64,000 nt of DNA from Balanoglossus misakiensis (Eukaryota > Animalia > Hemichordata): contig CM082591.2 of NCBI GenBank assembly GCA_040954595.2, forward strand, positions 5,983,009 through 6,047,008. The letters are read 5' to 3'. The position numbers and the translations under genes were made by a program. Below the pieces are notes generated by a model. It saw nothing but the letters and a program-made list of their open reading frames with translations, was not told the DNA's origin and did no database searches. Below are positions 26,401-38,400 of this stretch, one piece after another (position 1 is the first letter of the stretch; each line of letters starts with the position of its first letter).

Positions 26401-29400
26401 ATGAGGTATACCTTTAACTTTTACTTCCCAGTAATTAGATGTTCAAGAAGACATTGTATTGTAATATTTAAGCAATAAAACACCCCCAGCCATGGTATAT
26501 CACGAGATTTTGACCAGTTCACGACATATACGCACGAGCGATAGCGAGTGCGTATATGGAGTTGAACTGGTCAAAATCGAGTGGTATACCATGGCTGGGG
26601 GTGTTTTATTGCTATTATATTATGCCAGTATATTGAAACTTTGCATAAAACATTTTAAAAAGGCATTTTCTTTAACTATGATATATGACTGTGGTATATG
26701 GCTAATATATCACGGTCACGTGTCGTGTCTCGACCAATCAAATAGCGTGATTTACACCATCAATATACTGGTATAATATAATACAGGATATAGTTGATAT
26801 CTTGAAAAGTGATATGTAGCAAATATATCAGATTTACCCCTCCAACATTGTGTTTTAGTTTGGTCCATTGTTTTGGATTGGAAAAGTTGAATCTATCCCT
26901 GTGGAACGGGGGGTGGGGGGTTGTGTGAAGCTGGGTTTACAAATTCTCTCCATCTGTTCATACTAACCTCTGTCTCTTTGCCTCGCTGTGCTTGACTGCC
27001 AGTTTCTCACAGATAGCCACGTAACACACCATGCCAGGGTACTGTCTGTCGCTGTCGCCGACGCTGATCGGTTCCGTTTCCCCGGAAACGTCACCAATGA
27101 ATGTGAGCACTAGGCTTGGCTGAGCCTGCAGAGAGAGAGAGAGAGAATTTACATGACAGTGAATATAATGAATGTAGTACTACAATTCTCTCTACCTTAA
27201 ATAGGTTTTTGGCTACCTAGGTGAGTGATAAAAATCTCACATGGTCGACACAATTTCAAAATGGCCGATTTTTGCCATGTTTAAGAAATGGGATTTCATA
27301 AGCTAAAGTGATATTCGGTCATTCTGATACTTTGTAACAGAACAAAAATAAGTGTGAAAAAAGTTGATACATGTACACTCTGCTGAACTATAGTTTCTAC
27401 AATATTGAATTCTCCATTTTGAATTCTCCATTCACGGAAGCAGTGCAGAAGGATAGTGTACAACTTACCAATGAGTAAATGAAGCCTTCAGGACTGAACC
27501 CCCACTCCTGGGCTGGATTGCCAACCATCCTGTGAATGGAAAATCAAAAGAGATGAGGTTAATTACTTCCACAGTTATCAATTGTAATTCTTGGATGACA
27601 ATTTTGGGTGCATGCCCTCAATCAGAGTATGCCATTTGATTTCTGCTGAGTAGAGAAGTTAATTTCTCTCACATCCATATACTGTTTATAGCAATTTTAA
27701 CACACTTACTATGTCATCCGAACAAAATACAAACACTACAAATGTGAAAATGACGAAGAAATGTTGATTAACATCAGATTGCTGACTCACTTTTTCTGTA
27801 CAGCAATGGCAAATCCATCGATTTCTGTCTTGTCAGGCAGTGTCATCCCAATCTTGTACTCTGAGGCCGTCAATGCCATACTCGGCATAGCTTTACAGTA
27901 AATATTACCAGACTGAGGGGGAAAAGGATAAATACATTACTATTTCGCTGTTGATGTTTTTATTTACCATTTGACAACAGTCCAACACTGTTGATGTCAT
28001 TGCGCATGTTTGTTCAATGTGTTGACTAAATGGGGTGGGAATTTCATCCTCAAAACAATGTACAGTAAAACTTGCCTAAACCGAACCCTGTCTAATCTGG
28101 AAACTTGTCTATACAAGACACCTTTTCCTGTTCCTTTGGCATAGAAGCACTTGTTAAAAGAACCTCTATGAACTGGACACCTCTACAAACTGAAGTTTCT
28201 TCAGTCCCTTTGGTGTTCAGTTTAGGTCTTACTGTACATGTCATCTCAACTAAACAGTGTACACATACATGTCTACTTAACAACATGAAAACAATGAATA
28301 TTGAAGATTTTGTAATATCAAAAGAAAATACTTTAAAAAATGTATCTGTATCTATATGAATTTAATTTAGAAGCATATCCTCACCTTATTGATAACCCAT
28401 GTCTGACTGTGATGCGGCCACATGTCTTTGTCATTCCATTTCTTCTTTTCTTCAGCGGAAACAGTCGGAAAGATGACTATATTGGGATCATCCTGGAAAA
28501 TGGGTTGAAAAAAAAGTTAGGCATGTACTTTATATAATTTTATGATGCAAACTGGGACTTGTTTCACAAGTTCTTTGTATGATATGCCCTTACACAGATT
28601 TCCTACAGAGTGCCAACAAGTAACAAGTAACTCTGTGTGTGAAATGATGTCTCAAGACAGCACTTTGTGTCTTGAAGTTGGGCCACAATAGTATTATAGT
28701 ATCTCGAGTGTCATGACTGTAAGAACTGGACAAATTCAGTGGACTTGCTTCAGCAAAGACTTTTTAAATATTTTTATGAAGCATTTCGAAAAAAAAGACA
28801 AGACAAGGGGAGAAAAAAGGAAAAAGAATTGCAGAGATTGGGAAAGGTTTGGCAAAATACAGTAAACTTACATCTGACAGAGAAAGAAATCAAAGTTACA
28901 TCCTTCAGCTAAGACTTACTTTGTGTTGTAAGAAATGAGCCTTGGTATCCAGTTCCTGGTATTTCAGATTGGACAGAACACTCTCTCTTGTGCCTTGAGC
29001 TGTGTCCATGGTTAGATCTTCAAATTCATAGATCATGGGGAATCCAATCGAAGCTTCCCATTGGCTGGCTCTGACAAAAAGAACAAAAAAGGTTGTTAAA
29101 ATATATTTCAATGTTATTAAAACTCTCACAGCCTCTACTTTGCTACACTAGTCAGGTTCTCTGCTTTATAATGATGCAGAGTACAGTGGGATAATTTTAC
29201 CCTTTTACCACAGTGGTTCAGTCCAAATCCATTGTTTTCTATGGTAAAGTTGGACCTCTATACAAAGAAATGGGGTTGACCATATTGCTTGGTGACAAAT
29301 AGGGGTGAGTATTACAGAATTTAAATATTATAAGTCATTCTTAGAATGAACAAAGTAGCCAATCGTAGCATAGACTGGGCATGACAGCAACTGAAGATCC

Positions 29401-32400
29401 GAGAAGGTCGTGGCAACTGCAGTGGGGTTTGTGCTGGTATGGGAGGACATATTCTCATCAAGGGGGACACCCACGCGGCGCAACGACCCCTTCCCTTTAA
29501 AGTCTGAAAATACTTAATTTCCATGATATCAAATGTGGAAATCATGAACATACTTATCCATCCCCTCTTTGTAGTCGTCTGGAAGCATGGGTTCCTTCAT
29601 GATGGCATTCCTCTCCCCAAACAGGTTGTAACCTTTGACCTTGTCAAACTTCATCTGGAGTGAATAAACTGAAATTGACAAAAAAAGGAAATAAAGTCAC
29701 AGATGAGATAATTGTCATGGCAACAGATTTAGTATTCTTAGATGTGTATACTTCAATATTCCCAGCATTTATTTTATATGAAGTTGTTGAAAAACCAAAC
29801 AGACAGTGGTATTTTCAGGAGTGACATTTTCAAATATTGCACTTCCGGTATACAATGAATATAGCGTGTGTGTGAGATTGGCAATGGGTGTATACAACTG
29901 ATGGACAACCAATATTAAAGCGGGTAGCTCGTCTCACGCGCATAAACGTAACTTCCCAGCAAATTTTCCATTCGATGCACTCAAATAGTGTACTGCCTTC
30001 GCTTCCTTCCATATTTCATGCGCACTGTATAAGTAGATTCTGGTTTTGTCCCTCCTTTTCTTCCAAGCTAGTGTCTTTTCCCAATCTCCGACACAGATTA
30101 TGGTCGCCGCCATCTTGTGTGAGCACTGCCTTCTGGGATTGACTGTTCACTAAACGTCTGTAACCAGCGGCTACGGTTGGAACATGCGTGTACGTGTGAG
30201 ATGAGCTACACGCTTTAATTATAGTTCATAGGGTTTTGTTTTCTGTTGATAAGTTTAACTCTTCCTTCAAATGGCAAAGACATTGTCTTTTATCAGTGTT
30301 GCCTCTTAGCCTCTTAAGACTTACCATGCGCCGTCTTGAAATTCTCCCCGAAGGAGAACCAGACTTCTTGCTCGTTTTCAAGGTCATGTACATTTTCGAT
30401 TTCAGTGCCCTCTTTATCGAAGAGCCTTCGAGGCTTGCAGGCGCCCCCAAAGCGACCACCGATTTGATCCAATAGCTGTTGACAGAAATGACACGAATCT
30501 TTGTCAATTCTTGGGTTGGAAACTCCTCATTGTAACAACTGTTAATCTATAGAAGAGCGTAGAAATAAAGCAATATACATTGCAATGGGGCTTCGTGATT
30601 TTTACTGTTGATAGAAATGACATGAATCTTTGTCAATTCATTTTGGAATGGAAAATTGGGGTTGGAAACTCTTCACTGTAAAAACTGTAAATCTATAGAA
30701 GAACGTAGAAATAATTCAATATGCTTTGCAATGGGGAATCGTGATTTTTAAACTTTTACTTACTGAGCATGGACTTGAATCTAAATTTTATTTATTTATT
30801 TATTTTATTTATTTATTTATTTCATCCATAGCAAACACACAAATATTTCTACCTGGGATAGGATGGCTGGAACAGGTGTGAATCACCTATATAGGAAGTC
30901 AGTCCCCCAGCGCAATGAGAAGTAAAGTGCCTTGCTCAAACAGACAACATAGTGGCCATGAAATTACCATCCTCAGATAGAAAATCTGCTATATCTGCTA
31001 ACTTGAGACAGCAGCCATTGTTGGCACAGACATCATGTGTAGTGTCTGCAGTACTGACCGAGACATGGAAACTTGTTTTTTCTCAGTACGTTGGTTTAAC
31101 CCTTTCACCACTATGGTTCAGTCCAAACCCATTGTTTTCTATGGTAAGGTTGGACCTCTACAGAGGGAACTGGGGGGTGAAAGGGGGGAAACATATTGAT
31201 TACATACCCTCTGCATAATGAAGGCCTTATCACCCGATGTCCCTCTAGACAATTCTCTCATGTTCACAAACATCAATTCTTCACCTTCAGATTTACCATT
31301 CTGGAAAACCTGTTCCGGAAAAAACAACATAAAGTAGGCAATCTTACATTGGACGCATATTAAAGATACATTGACAGATCCAGATTCATTTTGTGTGGCA
31401 CCCACTGAAAATCTGTGATTGGTTAGATCTCCACTTTTCATGGTAACTGTGACCATATAGCCTAGGTGACCATACAAGTCTTTTCAAAATTATCTCATGT
31501 TGAATGAATCTTGGGTAATTTACAAAAATACAATAAAATCGAAGAAAATTTGTAATGAACATTATTATACATCTAGTGCCGAGAACAATAGATTTTGGCG
31601 TGCAATAAAAAAGCCGTACGGAACGGTACGTACGGAACGCGCGTTAAATAAGTTTTAGGTTTCAAGGCGCCCCAACTCACCGTGTACAGGTATGCGTTGT
31701 TATGCGGACGGTTTCAAGACACCCCACTCCAACGCACGCGCACGTACGTAAACAAAAAAGAAAGATGGCTGCTCACTGAGCGGTTTTCGATCGATTGTAT
31801 CGGCATTTTGGGCGTTTTGAAAGCCAAGTAACATGCAAAACAAGAACTATCGGAGATGTAAGATGTATAATAATAAGGTTATTACGAAAATACCGCAAAG
31901 TATGCACTCGGACATTAGCGCAGCGCATCGCCCTCCGCTACGCGTCGGGCGATACTCAGCGCTAATGTCCTCGTGCATACTTTGCGGTATTTTCGTAATA
32001 ACCTCATAGTATTCACAAGATGAGCTATACAGTTATTCATGGTGATTTCATTGACCATTTTAGCAGAGACTAACTTGAGTTTATAATTGTTACCTTAATT
32101 TTGAATCCAGCTTGTCCTACAAGTCTGTCTGTGGCATCGATCTGCTTGATGTGTTGAAGTCTGTATTCATTTCCGTAGGCCTACAATATCAAATAAACAA
32201 ACACTAGTTGCAAAAATTGTAACACAATTTTCAAAATCTCGAAGACTATACATTTTAGCAACATTCATGAAATTGTTCCAACAAGCGTTCAACTTGAGGC
32301 CCAAAAGCTGCAATCTTGTAGTCTCTATCAAATGTATACATTCTTTAGTCTGTCGAAAAATTCTTCAATGTTTCCATTTTAATTTTGATGCATACTTCTA

Positions 32401-35400
32401 GACTATTAGACTGCAAACAATTTTCACACAAAATTCCTGAAAACAGAGCCCACACTTCATTATCTCACAAGAAACTCTTAAAAGAATTCTTGTACGTCAA
32501 ACTAAATCACGTCAATACACTAACCTCTTCCTCCTTCGCCATAACATCCACATCTTTCAGAATCTTCTTCATTTTCCTCATCGCCGCCCGGTACTCATCC
32601 GCCTTGTCTTCATTTTCCTTTCGACTCTGCTCAATTTCATCTTCATCCATGGACAAAACTTTGGCTACGGTCACTTTGTCTTTTTCGCCATCCTCCGCAT
32701 AGTCCAGTTGCGTGCTGTATTCATTGCATGCATGTATCTTATCCCTACAGTGTGCTATTACGGTTTTCAAGAAGTCTGAAACGGAAATAAAAAATTCACA
32801 GAGTTACCTATAAAATGCAAGATATTTTTTAAAGAAAAGTTGACATGTGTATATGTAGTATATGAACATTTAACCACACGCAACTTCCATCCCGCTTGTA
32901 TGATATGAGAGTAAAATCTCGCCCCAAATGCAGTTTATTGCAATCTCGTGTCTACAACTTACAAGCGGGATGGAAGGTGTGTGTGGTTGAACGTTGTTTC
33001 TCTATATAGCCATTAGTATATTAACATAAACAGTGTCTTGTATCAAACGTTATTAATGGAAAAGGGCAGTGAGAGAGAGACTTTGTCCCTTTCAATAAAT
33101 GTGAAAGTTCTGGCATACCTCTTGCCCCGATGGGACTGAAGCCTTCTCCCTTGGAGATCCACAGAGGTCCTAGTACTGGTGTTGTGCTTGGTTGCAGACA
33201 TTTGTCCAGCTTTGGAGCTGCAAGTACGACAGAGAACGACAGAGAAAAACACACAAAATGAAATATTTTGAGTTTATTTTAAAGTTTTATCTAAAGGCTC
33301 ATTTTCTACTGTATTTGTCATTTCTACTGTCATGTGGTTTTATGTAAAGGAGCAGGAAAAGGTGTTTTGTATAGGCCAGGTTTGTCTTAACCGCCATCTT
33401 GGAAACAAGGTGCTTTGTGGGATAGAACTGGGGGTGTTTTGGAGGGTCATTACGTAAGTTCTTACGTAATGACCCTCCAAAACACCCCCAGTTCTATCCC
33501 ACAACACACCTTGTTTCCAAGATGGCGGTTAAGACAAACCTGGCCTATAGAGAGGTTTCTAGATTAGAAATTGTTCAGGTTTTAGTGTATATGAATAAAT
33601 CAGAGGCTTAATGACTTACCATCATGTAAATCTGTAATGACACTACCATCCCATGTGTAGACAGTCTTGGCTGGTTTTGTAAGACCCAGTCTGTTTGTAC
33701 TGTCATCTAGGAACTGTAAGAATAGGTACAACGACAGAATGTAACTTTTATATTTTGAAGAAAATTAATGAAGTGCATTCTCACTCGAAGATGTTAACTT
33801 CTGCAACAGTTGATCCTGAAATAATTTATGTGATTGAGACAATATACTTTGACCAGAAAGGACACTATTAGCAAATGTAGGCCCAAGACAATTTATTCAA
33901 AAAAGAAAAAGAACTGACTCATCCTCATCATAACACAGAAGTTAGCAACATAATTTTTTTTAATGATATTCTTAGTCAAAATTGAAGTCTTAACTTTGAT
34001 TTTCTGAGAGTAATTGTTCCGATTGATAATTGTGAAATGAACATTGACATGTTTAATTTTGATGTCATATGAAAACTGGACAACACGTCCACAAGACACA
34101 ATGTGAAACTGCTTCATAGGATTTACACTAGCTTTTTACTTAATTTCCTACACAACACTAGGTATATACCCTGCAGTCTATTTGAGTACTCACTGTATCA
34201 AATTTATCCATAGAGACCACAACTTCAGCCATTTCTTGACCGTCACCATTCTTGAAAACCATTATCCTACGGTTCTTCTGAGCCAACATTTTCCTGAAAT
34301 CAATGAAAATACAAATGAAAATATTCAGTGAAACTTTGCGTACAAATAACATACAACCTCCCTCTCTCCCCCTCCTCTCTGTCTTTCTGTCTGTCTCTCT
34401 CTCCCCGCAGACCACACCCATAAACCAAATATCGAGGTCATACGCCCAGCGGTTTTCAAGTTTTTGATGTGGACGGACATACATACATACATACAGATGC
34501 AACCGATCCCATAAGGTCCCATTGTACATACCAATGGGACCTAAAAATGTAAGGTTATAACGTTAAGCAAACAATCTCAAAAACAAAGCTTACCTCAGTC
34601 TTTTTGACAGAGCTGGTCTCGTTTTCTTTTTCTTGGTTTCTTCGAAGACGACACCGTTCATTGTCCATGATGCTGTCTTCTTCATAGCTGCATTGCCTGT
34701 GTGTTGATGGACAAATAAATTTGTTTGAAATTTGTTTGATTTCACTGATGACAGTTAGCAACACATAAACACTAATGGACTGCCCCAACCCCAAAATTTT
34801 TACTTGTGTCATTGCTGTACACTGTTTATTAGTTTCTGTTTCTAAAACATGCACCACTATCATCTGCAAATGCTAAGACCGAACTAAAAACTATGCGATA
34901 TGTATATTTTACCACACTGCATCACATCGGTAGCTTGCCATAGCATATTGAGTCATAGCTGTGTACATATACATACCAATGTACATTTCCATCAGTATAC
35001 CGCTATGTGTTGCAAAGTTCCCATAGAAACATTTAGTATTTTACTGCTATGTTGTCATGGTAACAGAAATGCAACTAAATATGCCACACTATCCACATAA
35101 CACACTTGAAATAAAACCTTATGAAACTGACTTAGGTAGGAAAAAGGGACTTACTTTTTTCTGATCCCAAAGGATCCTTAAAAGCTTCGCCACACGAAAT
35201 GAACACATCAGCCCCTCGTTCTATATCACTGGCAACAAGCACTTCTCCACCGTCGCCTAAAAAGATTCTCCTGGCTGCAGTAGTCAAGCCAAGTCTCACT
35301 GTACACTGTTCTAACAACTGTGAAACACAAGAAGAACCATATCGCTTATGAGTGAGGCAAAATTACTGTAAAACACTTTATTTTCGCGAGCAATAAATTC

Positions 35401-38400
35401 TCGCGAAATACGCGAGAGCCAAAATAGCGTGAAAATAAAAAGTCGCGTAAATTGTTTTTGAAGATAACGATGCAGTGAATGAAATACGAGAACGCGATAA
35501 TTAATACTCGCGAAACAGTGGCCTCTCTCGATATCGCGAAAATTTTGACTCGCGAAAATAAAGTGTTTTACAGTATTGTCCTGACCATAGCATGAAGGTT
35601 TGGCCAACGATTCTTGGATTTTTCAGGAGTTTGCTCCAAAATCATAGCCTCATATTCTACAATATGATGTTGGATTAAGTACTCCTTGCTTCTTGGATGA
35701 ACAGAGAGTACCACGTCTCATTCACTCAAAGATGTAACATAATCTCTTTGATCATATATAAGCATATGTTTATTAGAGTGTACTGTATTCCTTCTGAATC
35801 ACTCAAAAAATGCTACTCAACTGACAAGTGCTGTAGTATTTACATGTACAAAAACCTGTCAAAACCAAACACCAAACAAAAGAACCGGAGAGATTGTTCA
35901 GTTTGCAGAGGTGTTCAGTTTATAGGGGTTCTCTTAACATATGGTTCCATGTCAAAGGGACAGGAAAAGGTGTTCGGTATAGAGAGGTTTCCAGATTAGA
36001 CAGCGTTTGGTTTAGACAGGTTTTACTGTACAGGACTAACACTAGCATGGTCTCCATACTCAGGGTGTTTTTGATAGACTCCCACACAAGGGTCTGGACT
36101 CTGACGTCGTTCAAGTCAATCACCTTACGCGACACACTACTGCTTGGCCGGAGCAATGACCCGGGCGTTGCTAATAGTTTGAAAATAATTAGCATTAATT
36201 CGCAACATCTGTGCCATGGTAACGGCCAGACCCTTGTGTGTGAGTCTAAATCTAAAACACACTGGGTATGGAAACCAGGCTAGACTAACACTGACCAGTT
36301 TGATGTTCGGAGCCGAGACTTCCGCGAAGACGTCCCGGTGTCCGTTCTTGTACGCAAAACACTTGATGATGGACGGAGGCCGGTAGAAAGAGCGGTTGCG
36401 TTTGCCGGACGACGAGTACGCTGACCGCATCGACATCTTGGACGCTGTGGAGGAGGTCGATTTGGCACTTGCTGGTCTTTGACTGCTGTAACGAAACAAA
36501 AAACATGTTGTGTTGTGAAACTGAACTTAAAGGGACAAAGTCTCTCTCCAGCTGCCCCTTTTCCATTAATTATGTTTGATACAAGACACTGTTTATGTTA
36601 ATGTACATGTGGATATATAGTGAATCAATGATCAATCACACAAAACTTCCATCCCACTTGTATGATATGAGAGTAAAAACTCGCCCAAAATGAATAAATG
36701 GTAAAGAACGATTATTCTTTCTGGCGAGTTTTTTCACTCTCCTGTCTATAAGAGGGATGGAAGTTGTGTGTGGTTGAATGTTTATTCACTATATATCCAC
36801 ATGTAGAATAACAAACGGTGTCTTGTATCAAATATAATTAATGGAAAAAAGGGCAGCGAGGGAGAGACTTTGTCCCTTTAACAGCATCTATGAAAATCGA
36901 AATCTTCCGTTAAACATAAAAATTTTTGCAACAGGAAATTTTCGCGATATCAACAGGGGTGACTATTCCGCGATGGTTAATTTTTGCGTTCACTTCATCT
37001 CCAAAAAGCAGTCTATTGTACACATTGTTCTTTCGCGAATATTTATTATCGCATTTTTTGGCTCTGGGGAAGTTCACCAAAATTTATCGTTCACATCCTC
37101 ACTCACACTTCATCTTTTAACCCTTTCACCACCATGGTCTGGTCCAAATCCATTGTTTTTCTATGGCAAAGTTGGACCTCTACAGACAGAAATGGGGGGT
37201 GAAAGGTCTAATACGGATGAACCTGAAATGATCGAACTACCTCTTTGTTCTTGCCGGTGCGCTAATCGGTCTCACTTTCTTCTCTCCATCTTTTCCTTCG
37301 TCCTCACTCTTTCCCGAATCGGGATCCCACTTGTCCGTGTCTTCGATGAACTTGGGATCGATCTTCTGCTTCTCCCGGGAAGCGAGACGCGCCGACTGGG
37401 TTCCGGAGAACGGACGTTTCGTCTTCTGTGTCGTCAGCTGCTGTTGTTGAGTGAACAATGCACTGTGGGGCAATTTCTGCAGGTAGGGCGATATCGGCTT
37501 GGCTTCTTTGGATCTGAAACGAACACGACATAAAAATATGACGAGAAATCTACAAGAGTGGTGTCTGGGGCAAATTGTGAGCTCGGAATAGGGGTAATCA
37601 GCTGGTCCAACCTGTGTCAGTGGCCACCTCTATATAGTGGCCACTTTGTTACAGTCCCTGTGCAATTAACATACATGTACATGTACATTAATTGACCTGT
37701 CTATACAGGCCAGTTTATGAAAGTCCTTTGACAGGCTACTATATATAGGTTTGACTATACTTAAGCAATAACCTCCAATCAAGGGTGGGTATGCCACGAG
37801 ATAAAGCACAATTCACAATGGGGTAATCAGCAAGTCCAACCTGTGTTAGTGGCCACCTCTATATAGTGGCCACTTTGTTACAGTCCCCGTGCAATTTATA
37901 CATGCACATTAATTGACCTGTCGATAAACGCTATCAGTCTACATCTGACCAGATTAAGAAAGTCCCTTGACTGGCCACTATAGACAGATGTCAAGGGTGG
38001 GTACATGTATATCACAAGATTCAGCACAATACACAATTTAAAGTTCTCTTTTATATCCTCTTCATATTGTTCACACTACGAAATTAAACTATGGTAATAA
38101 AGTTTTATGTATGAAATAGATTTTCCACATAGCTTCAAGTCTTACAGTTATTATTCCTCAAAACTTCCCTCTAATGCTACAAGTTTATAAGTTATGGAAG
38201 TCAATAATTGCGATAATTTTGACAAAATGTACTAAAAAAGTTACATACATACAACGGTGTTTCCGATACAGGAAAACACATCTGTCAGGCCCCAAACAGT
38301 AATCCGATTTAACACCTGCCTTGTGAGGGCGCTATAATCTCCCATGACAACCATTGACAGATTAAACAGACCTTTTCACAATGTTTAGAGAGTTTACCTC

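Noticed and set aside
26492-26776. Duplicated 94/101-aa ORF (also 56168-56473)
   Set aside because: It lies inside a palindromic non-autonomous element, has no recognisable domain, and its identity reflects recent copying.
28866-28890. Strong acceptor and donor separated by 2 nt (CAG|AT|GTAAGT) as a micro-exon
   Set aside because: It would shift the frame between two phase-0 exons and needs a 46-nt intron.
30226-30507. ORF-track translations taken as DCDC1 exons (also 34555-34869 and 20119-20301)
   Set aside because: They are in the wrong frame; the phase-consistent frames give LLDQIGG..., SWTMNG... and DLVMDIDG... instead.
36841-37533. 230-aa plus-strand ORF
   Set aside because: A chimera of three MITEs and the antisense of a DCDC1 exon.
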